DNA of 64,000 bases from Lama guanicoe (GCA_013239625.1 MU053873.1:3238524-3302523); one strand, 5' to 3'. Shown: positions 1-13,892, counted from the first letter of the stretch. Notes: generated by a model not told the origin, from the letters alone. Translations and numbers: made by a program.

Positions 1-809
1 CAAACAAGCAGACATAAAATATTCATCTGGCGCTTCGCTGAGGGAGCTGGTACAAGAGTATTTGATTCCTGCTTTGTTCCCCTTAGTTACGCTGCATTTT
101 CTAAAGATTCCCATCCCAACCTTCCTGGAGGCAGGTATTCGAGGCCCTGTGGAGTCAGACGGAGCAGACTCCAAGTCCCATCCCCGCCACTGTCTCCCCG
201 CCTCAGCTTCCACATCTGTAAAGTGCAGATAAGACTGATAACTGCACATCGATTTCTCATGCAGATTCATGAGGTGATATATGAGGAGACCTTAGGGCTG
301 AGTCCGGTATCCAGACAGTGCTCAATAAATATCAGATCCTGGGCCAACAGTTATTTGCTGAGTACCAACTATGTACCTGTTCTCATTCTAGGCTCTGGGA
401 ATGCTCTGATAAGCCAGATGAACCAAAAATTCCTGCCTTCCTGAAACTTATATTCTAACGGGGGAGAGACTCATTGAGCACATTCTAACAACACTAGCGA
501 AGATGACGGCAGCTGCTACAAGGTAGGGGGGTGGGAAGTGAATGTGGCGTGGGGTGGGGTTGTTTTCAAGAAAGAGATCAGGGCGAGTTTCTCAGAGGAG
601 GTGACACGGATGCTTGCAGGACGGGAGGAGTGGGCTAGCTCATAAAGGATCTGAATGTCAGACTGAGGTGTTGTGAGGCTCTCTGGAGTACTAGGGAGCT
701 ACAGGGGAACAAGGAGCAGCTCAGTAGGAACCCATGTCTATTTTAATAACAGCCTTCTGCACTGGAGTCACCACAGGGCAGGGCATCGCCCTGGACGGGA
801 CTTTCCTAC

Positions 810-1010
810 CTGCTCCAGCTGCTTGATGGTGTTTTCCTGCTGGTTCTGGATTTTCTCTTGCTCAAGGGCACTGGATTCCAGCTTCCAGAGCCTCTCCTTT
901 AAGCTGGCGACGCAATTTTCCCCCACAGAGGGGGACCCCAGCAGTTCCTGCTTATGGGCCTGCAGCATCTCCACCTCCCGCTTCAGCTGCAGGGTTTCTT
1001 GCTCCTTTTG
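810..1010 (-). CDS. MYO18B: MYO18B exon: QKEQETLQLKREVEMLQAHKQELLGSPSVGENCVASLKERLWKLESSALEQEKIQNQQENTIKQLEQ
   Basis: atctctag|CAA acceptor, CAG|gtagga donor; 201 nt. Confidence 0.94.
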
Positions 1011-1846
1011 CTAGAGATAAAGGGGGGCAGAGATCCGGAGTCACGTGACCACCCTCCCCTGGGGACACCTCTACAACTTGCAGGTAGGCGCTGTCCACTT
1101 TCAGTGCATGCCATCCACCTGGCCCTGCAGCCCCTCACCGTGGCCCCTGTGGGACACCAAGGTCCTCTCTCCAGAAAAGCTCAGACAGGCAAGGGTGGGG
1201 TGTGTGTGGGAGAGCAGCACCGCTGCCCTAGAGCAAGACCTTAAAGCACAAACAAGAAATGTTGTTCCCCCGTGTAAGCTGTGTACGTGCCAAGGCTGGG
1301 CCTGAGATGTTGCAGCAGGGAGGCAAAGTGGCCAGAAATGACTCTTCAAGGTTAGAAAGTCAGCTCAAGAGTCAAAGAACTCTGGGCTGGGTCATGAAGG
1401 AGCCACACGCCAGGCTAAGGGATTTAAAGGTTCTTCGGGGTAAGAGGGAGCCACAGCAGGCTGAGGAGCAGATGAGTGAGGGGCCTGTGTCATATTTTAA
1501 TAAAATCCCTCCACATTGGAGCCCGCAGGGGACAGGGCACTGCCCCGAGGTGGGTCTACAGCTAACTCGTTCTGTGCCAAACCTCTTGCCCTTCCAGGGG
1601 ACCACCTCAAAACTCATGCAGGAGACCGAAGCAAGATTATGAGTGACATGGAGGGAGAGAGGTCTGATTATCCATCACCCACCACCCACGGTTAGCTTTA
1701 TTAAGGCACACTAGGCCCTGGGAGTCCAGCCAGCTGGACACTCACACCAAGTTCTCTCCCATCTCCCTTTGCAGCAAGTGTGCGGGGGGGGGGGTCCTGA
1801 GACCCAGCAACCAAAGGCCCAGTGGCCCTGCGCATGCGCCCCTCAC

Positions 1847-1970
1847 CTCCAGGCACTGTTGCAGCCTGCCCAGCTCACACCGCACACTGGTGTTCTCCTG
1901 GGTCACTTTCTCGCGGAGGCCCTTCTCAAACACGGACTCGCCCAGGACCTGGGCCAGCTGCGTGTCAAAC
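1847..1970 (-). CDS. MYO18B: MYO18B exon: FDTQLAQVLGESVFEKGLREKVTQENTSVRCELGRLQQCLE
   Basis: ttggacag|G acceptor, GAG|gtgagg donor; 124 nt. Confidence 0.94.
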
Positions 1971-4900
1971 CTGTCCAAGCAGAACACATGTCATGGCCAT
2001 GAGGTGGGCGCACCTGGGCCGGGGGTGGGGGCTGGAGAGGGGCAGTTAGCTTGCCAAGAACCACTAGAGAGAGAGAAATTCGATGATGGAGGGTGTGCTC
2101 AGCGGTCGTGCATAAGATTGTGGATACGGGGTAGAATCCTGAGCACCAGAGAGCAGCTCTGCGGGCTCAGAGAGAGTTTCCACAAACTACTGGGTACTTA
2201 TTTAAAATGTGGATATAAACAAAATATAACTATACACAAGTAGAGAATAAGAGCACAAAACATACAGATATATAAAACAAGTTCATCTATCAGGTTTGCC
2301 AATACACGTCAGGGACTTCTAACTCTATGAGGCCCAGGTTTGGCATCTAATGTTCATTGATTAGTGAATGAATGCATTTATCAGCACAAACAAAGGACAT
2401 CCAACATTTCATGTTTTACAGAATATTGTTGGGCGTATGCACTCATAAGCCATACTGGGCATTGTTATTACTGAGAAATGCTGGACAGTTATACATTTGA
2501 TCTTGTCTTCATTCATTTTCTAAACAGAAAACATCAAGACTAGACAGTCCTATTGGGACCATGTGGGGAATGAGGAAATGCCTGGCTTGGGGCCCACCTG
2601 CACCTCCATGTTGGTGACCACGAAGTGAGAAGCCCCCCCTTGATGTGACATCATTCCAAGCAACTATCTCAGCCTCCTACCCCTATCACAGGGAAGGAAA
2701 CCAGCAGAAGGCTCTGCCACACCTCAGTAAGTCGTGATGTTGGTCAACTGCCCTCAGCCCACACAGAAAGGCCACCTGCTCCAGGGAACTTGGTGTGGCC
2801 AGAATGGCTGAACTGGGGGTGGGGTTTGGCCTTGGTGAGAAGAAGGGCTCCCATCCAATGCCCCTTAACACTAGATTGTCATTCAAAGCCTCAAGACTCC
2901 TGAGAAAGCAGGCTATAGGTCATATGGGGGAGCCCCACTATTGGAAGGGCCCAGGAGCTTTCCGATTGGCTGTCGGCGACATCATTCAAGAGGCACTATT
3001 GGCTGCCTCTGAATAGGAACACTGTGATGATGATAATGGTCCAGCAGTTGCAGAATGCCAGGCTCTGAGCTGGGGTCCATGGAGTCCTTATCACAATCCA
3101 GCAAGTTATAAACATTTTATAGAGGAGAAAACTGAAGTTCAGAGAGGTGAAGTGATTCAGCCAAATTTATGAAGTGAGTTGGAGCTAGCTTCTCTGCTGG
3201 CTTAACTAGTCCCCATTCACCTGCTCATGCCCTGGGACAGGAAGGGAAAGACAGTGGGGGCCAGCCAGCACTGATGTCTTAGAGGAGTCTTTAATGGGCA
3301 CCTGATGCTAAAGAATGGCTCCTACAGACCCTGACTTTCAGACACACTGAACAATCAACTGCCTGAGGACAGATGGACTCACTCACACCCTTCACCCCAC
3401 TAGCAGTGGGCCTGGGGTCCAGCCTCTCATCACTCCAGCACTGACAGCTCCATCACCCTCGGAACTGAGCTTTGTGTAACCATGGCAGTAAGACGCCAAT
3501 CCCAAATGGAACCACTCTGAACTTAGAATCCATGGTAAGGGCAGAAAATTCTATCAGCGTGGAGATGCCACTCCATCCAGAGCCCAGCAAACTGAGGAGG
3601 CAGCTGCACCTACAACCTGATTAAACTGAAAGAGGTATGAGGAAGTACCACTAACTTCTAGATCTCTCCCTCACTGTAGGCATTCCGCCTTCAGAAAGAG
3701 ACTTCTACTGCCCTCACAGGCTCCCTGCTAAAATTCCAGTCGGCCTAGAAGCATAATGGCCGCTATTTGTAATTAGCATTAAAACATAAAGTGGCTTCTG
3801 CCAAGAGATGTTAGTGGAGCGGAGGGCATCACAGGACAGGGGAGTCTCGGAAGAAGAGATTTAAGGGTGAGGAAGTGGGGAGGCTCTTCAGAGACTGGAA
3901 AGAGAGACTCTGCCCGAGGAAGTCCATCAGGGAAAGACCAGAGATGGAATTTTCTGGCTGCATAAAGTCCAAGGGCAGAATGCCCCCAATCTGCCACTGA
4001 CCCATCGGAAAGCTGAAACCCTGCTTAAGGACCCTCAGAACAGGAGAGGAACCCATAGATAAGGACCAGGACCGTCACAGCTGGCAGAAATCTGAGGGAT
4101 GATGGGGCCCGCCTCTCAATTTCCAGGTGGGGTCTGTCTGAGCCATTCTTCAGCAGCAGGCAACCTGCTTAAGGCCCAGGACTGACCTGAAACATCAGCC
4201 ACTGTCTGGACCAGAGAGGTGGTCCCATTTGACAAGGTCACACAGGAAATGACCACGGTGGGACAGAGCCATCTTCCCCACTACCAGAGCATCCACCAGG
4301 GGGTAGAAAAGGAACTAGAGTCAGATCTCAATAAGAAGAGAATAAACTTCTTTCATTTTGGGGGGCAGGCTAATAACCCCCCAAAGAACTTTTTCCAAAT
4401 GAAGAAGTCAGCTCAGGAAAGCTCAAAGATAAATGAGAGAAATAATTTAATGCAGACCAAGTTCAAAATCTGTGCCACTCCCATGGAAATATAACTCGGC
4501 CTGCTATGTCTCAGAACAGAGGCCCCCTCAGCAACACCACGTCCTGACACACATAGTGAGGCTTTCCTGTGTATTTATCCTGGACCTTCTTAAAGAGGCT
4601 GTGTTTCATCTATTTGCCTCCTAGGAAGTTTCCATTAGGGCTTATCTGGCTCACCTGGCATACCTTTGCCCTCACCCAGTGAGCTGAAGAACCTGACCCA
4701 GCCAAAGAGTCCAGGGACGAAACCATCACAGGAGGTAAGGTTGCATAAGGAAGCCTGTGAGTGTGAACCTGAGTTTGGGTCAAGGCGCCACCACTGGGGA
4801 AACCGTCCAGAAGGCAAGCACGGGAGCCAGTGTGCACAGTCAAGACCAGCCTGTTTTCGTGCACAAAGTCCAGTTCCTGCCAGAATTGCTCACATGGTCT

Positions 4901-5517
4901 GTGGGTCTAAACCCTAAGTGAAAAGGGCAGTGACTCAATTTTTTGGCCTCATTTTTGACAGTGGGGACAGGAACCAGAATTGAATCCTGTTGAATATACC
5001 AACTGTATCATCTCATCTTCACCACAAGGGGGCACTCCACCTAAGGGTGAGAATCAGGCTGAGACGGGTGGAATGACTTATCCAAGGTCACACAACTGGA
5101 AAGAGGCACAGCTGGGACTTGGATCAGCACTTCTGCTCCTACCCACCATGCGAGGCGCTCTCTGCCCTCCATAAGAAACTTTTCGTAACAAACTTTTCAC
5201 TTGCAAAACGGGGCCCACTTCTGGGGCCCAGAGAGGCCACGAAAGTTCCCCAAGGTCACATGGTCAGTTGGTGGTAGAGCTGAGACTGGGTAACAGAAAA
5301 GAATTATTTCTTGCTGCATCCTTGGGGGACCCATACAGGAATAAGGCGTGAGGGGAGAGGGAGGAAAACTGGGACACAACAAGGAGATTAAGCTCCATGG
5401 ATGGAGAGCCCTGACAGAAGCAAAGGGGCTTAGGAAGAGAATCTGCAGACCCCAGTGGACCCCAGCACCAAGGCAGCCCATCTGGGTACCCAGGCGACGA
5501 TGTGGAACACGACTTAC

Positions 5518-5672
5518 TTCTTCTGCTTCTTCTCAAGCTCGTGGTTCCGGCTTTGCTGGCTCTCCAGCAGGAAGCGGGTGTCCTCCAGGTCACAGGTCAG
5601 ATGGCGGCACTTCCTCTTCAGCTGGTGGGCCATCTTCTTGGCCCCCTCGTAAGCAGTCTGCAGCTCCCCGAG
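5518..5672 (-). CDS. MYO18B: MYO18B exon: LGELQTAYEGAKKMAHQLKRKCRHLTCDLEDTRFLLESQQSRNHELEKKQK(K)
   Basis: tcccacag|CTC acceptor, AA|gtaagt donor; 155 nt; myosin-rod 'LEKKQKKFD' motif spans the next junction. Confidence 0.95.
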
Positions 5673-7004
5673 CTGTGGGAGGAACAGAATGAGTCACCCT
5701 ACTCTGCTGGTGCTGAATAGGCCTCCTACTCTTTATTTCAAACCACTGCCGTTCCCAGTGTGAGTATAATGGAAAGAGAACGGCCACTGGGGCTGGGGAG
5801 ACCCTGTCTGGACCACTTTCTGTGTGTGTCACCTTGGAGCAGCAATTTCTCTGAGCTTCATTTTGCTCAGGGATAAAATGGGGGGGTGTCTATCATTCCC
5901 TTAGGGGTATCAATTTTCCTTAGTGATCCTCCTGCCAACGTGCCCACAGATGCTCTACACACCCTGCCTCAACTCGACAGCCCTGAGCACAGCCCCAAGT
6001 ACCATGTGTAATTAACATCCCCATCAGCAGGCAGAACCTGGGGAGACATGTGATGACTGGCCATGAAGCAGCCAGAATGGCACATGGAGAACATCTGACT
6101 GGAAACCAACAGACAGGCACTAAAGGTCCGGGCAGTCTGTGGCCCTTTAGATGGGCTGACTTACACAGGAACACACACACTGTAAACAAACACAAAAGCA
6201 AAGACTCTTGGATCTTCCTCCAGAAAACACCCTCCCAAATGTCCTAGTTTAGATCTGGGAGAGAGGGCAACTCAGCACACTCGCTTTGAAGAAATGGCCT
6301 CATTAAAGAATCGCTTTAAATAAGCAAAATGCTGAGTTAATGAAGCCTGTAATTCTAAATTCAGTATTTGAAGGCAAATGGGATGTTTTCTTATATTCTG
6401 CTGCTCAGAAAAGGTTGCAGTTTTATTAGTTTTTAATGTAGCATGAATATCCCCTCTTCCTTGGGGAGACTGACCTGACGCTATAATTTGTTATTAAAGA
6501 ACTGAGCTGTTTGCGGGCGGTTGTCCCTCCCTGGTTATCTGCAACTGAAGATGACTCCTGAGGACCACAAAAGGTCCATCTTGGAAGTGACCACTAAAAT
6601 CATCACCACCCAGCCTCACTTTCATTGTTCATAAAATATCATGGGATCTCCTCGTGGCCCACCTCTACAAGCTCATTACATGATACTTTCCCCTCACAGT
6701 GAGGTGATACATATACAGTGGTGGGATAGGCAAATAAGACCTCAGCTCTCACTGTGCTTACCTCTTATGTGGGAAGACCAAGAAATAAGCAGATGGTTAC
6801 AATACAGCAGGATGAGGCTTATATTTGGGGAAATAATTCAGGGACACTCAACCCAGTCTGTGTCAGGGGAGACTCTGGAGGAAAGGACACTTAAGCTGAG
6901 ATCTTAAGGCTAGTTGAAGATACTGAGATAGGACAGAGAAAGTGCTCTAGGAAGTGGAAACAGCATTTGCAAAGGCCCAGAGGTGAGAATAAGGCTTTTT
7001 GGAA

Positions 7005-8492
7005 GGAGAAAAACAAACCAGTGCAACGGACAGAATAGAGTCCAGAAATAGACCCACAGAGACACATCATTTGATGGTTCACAAAGGGGAAGATGCTGTA
7101 CAATGCAGCAAAGACAGTCTTTTCCAGAAATGGCACTGGACCAACTGGTCATCTCATCCGCAGGCAAAGAAATGAATCTAGACACAGACCTTACACAAAA
7201 ATTAACTCAAAATGGATCAGAGACCTTAAAGTAAAATGCAAAACTATAAAGCTCCTAGAAGGTGATGTAGAAGAAAACCCTGATGACCTTGGGTTTGGCA
7301 ATGACTTTTCAGATACGACATCAAGGACATGACCCTCGGAAGGATGACTTTATAAGCTGGACTTCATTTAAAATTTCTGCTCTGCAAAAAACGATACCAT
7401 AAAGAATAAAAAGACAAGCCACAGACAGGGAGAAAATACTTGCAAAAGACGTATCTGAGGAAGAAGTTACCCAAAATATACAAAGAACTTTTAAAACTCA
7501 ACAATAAGAAAACAAACAACTCAATTAAAAAATAGGCCAAACACCTTAACACTTTACCAAAGAAGACTCTAGACGGTGAATGAGAATATGAAAAGACGCT
7601 CCACATCACGTGTCACCAGGGAAATGCAAATTAAAACAACGAGACACCACTACACACTTACCAGAATGACTAAAATCTGGAGCACTGACACCACCAAACG
7701 CTCACAAGGAAGCAGAGCAACAGGAACTCTCACTCATTGCTGGTGGGAATGCAAAAGGGCACAGCCACTTTGGGGGACAGTTTAGCGGTTTCTTACGAAA
7801 CTAAACACAGTCTTAACATATGATCCAGTGACCATGCACCTTGGAATTTACACAAAGGTACTGAAGACTCATGCCCACGTTAAAACCTGCACATGGATGT
7901 TCCTGTGACTCTATTCACAACTGCCAAAACATGGAAGCAACAAAGAGGTCCTTCGATGGGTGAATGGATAAATGACACATGTGACAGCTCCAGACAGTGG
8001 ACTATTATTCAGCACTAAAAAGAAATGGGCTATCAAGCCATGAAAAGACATGGAGGAACCTTAAATGCATATCACTAAGCGAAAGAAGCCAATCTGAAAA
8101 GACTGCATATGGTCTGATTCCAACCATATACTTCTGGAAAAAGCAAAACTATGGAGACAGTAAAAACATCGGTGGTTGCCAGGGGCTGGGGGAGGTGGGA
8201 TGAATTACTGGAGCACAGAGGATTTTCCAGGGCAGTGAATCTATTACGAAGGAAAACTATAATGATGGGTATATCTCATTACACATTTCCCCAACCCATA
8301 AAATATATAACATCAAGAGTAAACCCTAATGTAAACTATGGTCTCCAATGATGTGTCAATGAGGGTTCATCAACTGTAACCAAATGTCCCACTCTGGGAC
8401 TCTGATCATGGGGGAGACTATGCATGTGTGGGCGTTGGGGGCAGATGGGAAATCTCTGCACCTTTCTCTCAATTTTGCTGTGAGCCTAAACA
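7005..8492 (+). mobile_element. Old LINE-1 3' part (ORF2 end plus 3' UTR, L1MC-like), degenerate
   Basis: ORF2-like remnants (PYTKINSKWIRDLKVK, REMQIKTTRHH, TLTHCWWECK) split over several frames; L1MC-type 3' UTR; boundaries approximate. Confidence 0.85.
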
Positions 8493-8510
8493 ACCGAGCT
8501 GGGTGGATGC

Positions 8511-8716
8511 TGCGGCGTGCTGGAGCTGTGGCAGACTGGCTTATGAGAGCTGACGCTGCACATCTCTTCCCAGTTCCACATCCAGCCACATCCAACACAG
8601 CTGGAAACTGGCCATGGTGGGAACATTTACACCCCAGAAACTGGCAACTGGAAAACACTACCCATCAGGGTGTTTGTCTGTCTGTTTTCAGAGTGCCAGT
8701 TTACCAGCACACCACG
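8511..8716 (+). mobile_element. MER63A-like non-autonomous hAT element
   Basis: Termini cggcgtgctgga and ttaccagcacaccacg; internal ggccatggtgggaacatttacacc matches recalled MER63 consensus. Confidence 0.65.
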
Positions 8717-10109
8717 GGTTACACTGCAGACAGGTTAGATCGTAGAGTAGGGGTAGCTGGAGGCAAAGCAAAATAGTCAAAGAGGTAAAGCTATCACTAC
8801 ATTCATCTAGAAATGCTAGAGAAAGATATAATATATTTGTAATGTCCAGCTGCACTCTCAAGAAAGAAAGGGAAACTGGGAGATGTCATAAACGCAGAGG
8901 ACACAAAACAGGAACAAGAATGTAGATGCTGACCCTATGACAAGAGGATCGGAACAGCAGAAAGATGCAGAAATACCCCTAAGGATACAGGCTGTGTTCA
9001 AATGCCCGAGAGAGACAGGAGACGAGGCCTTGGGCCCATGGAAGGTGGGAGTCTGGAATGAAGACCCTTGCACTGAGCCAGGAAGCTCAGAGAGCTGCCC
9101 CTCAGTGAGCAGGAAAAGCTCCACTCATGGCCCAGAAAGTGGTCAGGATGCTTGCTGCCATCATGGCTCTGGGAAGGGGGGAAAGGATTCCCATAAGAAA
9201 TCAAAACCCTAGGTCTGTGCCTCAGGTGGGTTTAGAGCTCAAACTGACACTTCGCACACGTGGCAAAAGTCTGAAAGGCAGAATTTAGCATAACCTTGGG
9301 GGCTGCTGCAGGAAAAAAAAGCATGGAAGTGTTTCTTCTCAAGGAACACAACTGCAACCCTTTAGACACAGGACTCCCTTCACAATCAATAAAAAAGTTT
9401 TTAAAATTTTTAAAATACGATTAACTCACAATAAAAAAAAAAAAGCTAAGTACACAAAAAATCTCACCATGATGGTCACAAGGGAAAAAAAGGAACACCC
9501 ACAGTGCAGACGACTTGGGCTAGTGTGCGGGAGTAGAGGGACCTGTTAAAGATGAGCTCACAGTCAAAACCGAGAGAGCACACAGGGTAACGATCCCCAG
9601 TGAGAGTCAGCATAACCTGTGCTAACAGGACCACCTGAGAGAGACTCTGAAAGAGCCTTTGGCTGCAGCGCGGCAGGTGGGTGAGAGGAGAGGCTGGAGT
9701 CAAGGAGACCAGTTAGGAGGCTGCTGCTGGGGTCTAGATGAGAGATGGAGGTGGCAAGTTAGAAGAGAGGCTGTGGGAATGGACACCATTTGACAATTTT
9801 AAGAGATGATATAATCACTTTATAGATGAGACATCTGAGGCCCCAAAGGTAAAAGTGATTTCCCCAAGGTCAAAGTGGAAAGGGAACTGGAACTCAGCTA
9901 TCCTGCACTCACGTTCATGTTCTCTGGACTGCAGTGGAGAACACACGCATGCTGAAAAACCATTCCCCCTGGGCAGTAGCAACCTGCATCTGCAGTATCA
10001 GTGGAGGTGGGGACATGTCAAGTGGGGGATGCCCTCTCTCCCTTCCCTGGCTGGACCAACACCCTGAACGGTGGAGTGCTTTTGTGACCCAGACTACCCC
10101 GTCTCTCAC

Positions 10110-10234
10110 CTTCTGCTCCAGCTCCTTCCGAGACGCCAGCTCTGAGTCCAGCCTCTCCTCCGACTGTTGGAGACGCTTTCTGAGGAACTCGTTCTCCATC
10201 TGAGCACAGTCGAAGCGCATCTGCCACTCGTCTG
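10110..10234 (-). CDS. MYO18B: MYO18B exon: (A)DEWQMRFDCAQMENEFLRKRLQQSEERLDSELASRKELEQK
   Basis: gagcag|CAG tandem acceptor, AAG|gtgaga donor; 125 nt (122 nt if the distal AG is used). Confidence 0.93.
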
Positions 10235-13200
10235 CTGCTCAACAGAGTCAGAGAGGCCAGGATGGAGGCTCGGTGAGTGAGGGTGCTCCCCACTGTGCTC
10301 TCAGCTTTTAGTGCACAATTTCATCATGTTAATTTTAATTCTTAAGGCTCAACCTTGGACTTTAGATTAGGAAACCCCACCTTAAACTCAATTTACAAAC
10401 ACCACTTCCTTCAGGCAGCTGCCCGACCACCTCCAGCTGTCTAAAGGTACTGACTGCTCACTTTTTAAGCTTGGCTGTTTTGCTTTGTTCAATTTCTCTA
10501 CAGGTGTGCACATACCTTTCTCCCTCCCCCTCCAAGGAAATTCCACTATGTTTGAGGGCAGGGGAGCTGTTTTAGTCATTTGTGGATCCTCAACACCCTC
10601 TAGAAGGGTTCCCAACCTGCGTAAGTAGTTTCCCCATACATGGTAATACAAGTTTTCCAATTAGAGTCACCCTAGTGGCCAACCACACTGGGTGACAGAG
10701 TATGTAATCAGTGACTGTTGGCTGAACTGATGAACAAATAAATCAATGAGCAATAATTTAAGTGTCTATTAAGTGCAGAGCAATAGAGATGTTGGTCACA
10801 AGATATCTCTATGTGATAATGGAACAATACCTTGATTTGGTAAAAATCTAAAAAAATTACTGATGTGATTAAAAAACTGGCTGAAACTAGAAATAGGACA
10901 GATTAGGCTTTGATAGCTTTTGACTATTTGAATATCAGAATAATGTCCTTTAAGGTACTGGAGCTGTGGAAAACACTGCACAAATGGACAGTTTAAGGCA
11001 AAGACCATCCATCTCTCCATCCATCTGTCCGACCATCCATCCACCATCCGTTGTTTCACCTGCCTTCCATCCACTCACTCACTGAGTATACTGCTCTATA
11101 CCAGGCACAAAGGAAAATGAGTAAGAAACGATTCCGTCTTCCAGAAGTACCTAGTGGTGGAGACGAACATGTAAAAGACAGCTGCAACCTAGCACGATCG
11201 GGACTTTCAAAAAGGAAGGTTAAGGTAACCCAGAAGAGGACTCGAACTCTGAAGAGCAGCAAACCCTTGTTTTGTTCATGACTGTGTCTGCAGGACTTAC
11301 TACAATGCCTAACGAGTCATAAATGCTCCATAACTTTTGCTGGACAGATGGACGGATGGATGTGAGGGTGCAGATAGGTGGGTACATGGATGGATGGATA
11401 AATGGATGGATGGTAGGACTGAGGTCTTGCAGGAGATCACCCCAATACGGATGCTCACATAACGAACCCAAACAGAAGGATGATATAACTGTAAGAACTC
11501 AGAGCTTGTTCAAGTTTCCATCAAGGTGAATAATATTATGGTAGGAAAAGAATTCTCTCTCCCTTCTGGGAAAAAAATATCTCAAGTAGCAAAGAGCATA
11601 GCCTCAAAAGCAAGAAGCAGCAGAAAATATTTCTGTGGCTTCCCATGTACCTCGTGCTGTGCTTGGCTACAGAGCAAGGGGTATGAGCGGGCCACTTGAA
11701 CACATGAGGACGCTGTCTTCCATTCTTCGAGGTTGACCCCCACCTCCAACCTCCCTCTCCGTGGGCGCCATCCCTAATCAGTCCGTATAAGGAGCCCTTC
11801 ATTACACACTCACATCTCTCCTGGGTTTGTCTGATTTCCCCATCTGTACTGCAAGCTTCTTGAGAGCAGGGCCCAACTAAAATTCTCCTGTGACCTCCCA
11901 CCCCCAGAGTCCAGCTCACTGCTGGATGCAGACCGTAAAAGGCTCTTTACATACTTAATCATGCTGAGTGGAAAACACATAGACATTTTTCATGATTTAT
12001 CCTCCAGCTTGATTATCAGAGGAGGCTGTGGTGGCACTGCAGTGGTGTGATTACAGTGTTTTATTGCTTCTTTCAACTTTCCTGTATTTTAGAAATTTTC
12101 TCTAATGAGTATGTATTACTTTCATAATGAAAAACAAAGTATTTGTGGATTGGCTTCCTAGAATAGGCACCCCAAGCTGGAAGGCTGGAGAACACCGTGA
12201 CTAATGTGCTCATGAGCTACTAAGCACATCTCCCCCTCATTAGACTCCCAGATCCTTCCTCGGGAGAAAACTGGACAGGGAGTGTCATTCAGACATGAAT
12301 CACAGTCAGGACGGAACCGGGCTGACATTCTTCAGGGGAAATTGAGCTGGTTTTGCGCACACTCATTCCCCACTCCTTGCAGGGACCCCACCCTGTTGGG
12401 TCTCCTGTATCTGAGAATCTCGGACTCCTCTGGGTTAACATCCCTGGTAAATGCCTACCCTGGGGGCAGCCAGGATGAGAGGGTAACAAGAGTGGAGGAG
12501 ACAGCAAACGTGCCCCGCCTCTTTCCCGTCCCCTCCTGACCTCCGTTCCTCTCAGTGAACCTGACGTTTCTAGGACATGAGTTCTCTGGGGGCGCTGACA
12601 GGCTGATGTCAGCGTTTTATAAAAGCTGACAGACACACTGGGAACCCTCCTCGGCTGACTTATTTGGATTGGGGAGCGGAGTTGACAGAGATGTCATCCT
12701 GCCCATCCAGCCATGAGACAGAAGTCTCCAGGCAGCATCTAAGGCGGGCACCACCAGGAATTCCTGGCTCCTCTGAGTACATCTCTCATTGGGCAGTTCA
12801 GGGGTCCTCTCCCCTTCTCTCCATCTGTTCAAAAACTGCTAAGTGCCTGGCATCACTGTGAAATGGGGACAGGAGTAGTCCTGCTCCACAGGCGATGAGC
12901 AGGAATAATGATCCCACTGTTAGTAATGTTAGAAATAATGAAGAAATACCTAACAGTCAGCATTCTGTACCACACACGAGGCTGAACTCTTTCCACTAAT
13001 CACCTATGGCTATAGCCATTAAAAAGATGAGAAAATTAAGGTAAAACCATGTCTTTGCCCAAAGCCACCCATCTAACAAGCAATGGAGTCTAGACTCAAA
13101 TCTGGAAAGGGGATTTTGTAGATTTCACTTGTTAACCACTGAACTGCCTTCCTCAAAATTTATACTAAAAATATAAATGTAAGAGTGCCTTGCCCACCCA

Positions 13201-13289
13201 TAGCACCAATATTTTTTAAAATCTTTTTTGGCATTATTAATAAATAGCACCTGTCCCACTGATAATTTATTTGGGACATTGCTGGATTA

Positions 13290-13454
13290 TCTGTTCAGTG
13301 TCTGCTTGTCCCACTAGACTGTCAGTTCCAAGAAGGCAAGGACTGATCCTGTTCTCTGCCAACATCTCAGCCCCTCATGCAGTGTCGCATGCTGATGATG
13401 ATAAGCACTCCATGTATAAGAATGAATGAATGAATGAATGAATGAATGAATGAA
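13290..13454 (+). mobile_element. L2 3' end with (TGAA)n tail
   Basis: ccactagactgtcagttccaagaaggcaaggac, ending in the (gaat)n array at 13420-13454. Confidence 0.7.
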
Positions 13455-13529
13455 CCGAAGGGAAGAAGGAAGGGAGAAAAGGATAGCTTTTTCCACCAGT
13501 GTCTAATCCCACAGGTCCCCTCAGCTCAC

Positions 13530-13638
13530 CTCCTCCAGTGCGACTCCTTTCCAAATCATTCAACTGAATTTTCTGCTGGGCTTCTTCCAAATGCTTCTCC
13601 ACTTCTCTCAAGCTCTTCTGGACTTGCTCATACTTGCT
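13530..13638 (-). CDS. MYO18B: MYO18B exon, coiled coil: SKYEQVQKSLREVEKHLEEAQQKIQLNDLERSRTGG
   Basis: ctcttccag|AGC acceptor, G|gtgagc donor; 109 nt. Confidence 0.94.
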
Positions 13639-13892
13639 CTGGAAGAGAGGCCTCAAAGTTTCAAACCGGAGCAAGACAGAGGCCTGGGCTGGCCGTATCA
13701 CCCAGGCTGCCTCCAAACCAGGGCCATCCACCTACCCCCTGCACAGTCTTCACTCAGGACACCTTCAAGGTCAAGACTTAGGAAGACCCAAATGTCCTCC
13801 AGGACTGAGCATAGGAGTCAGCCTGTGCATTCCAGATGTGAGCAGAGTGGAGCAGGCCCAACACCCCCACCCCACCACCCCCGACCACGTAC

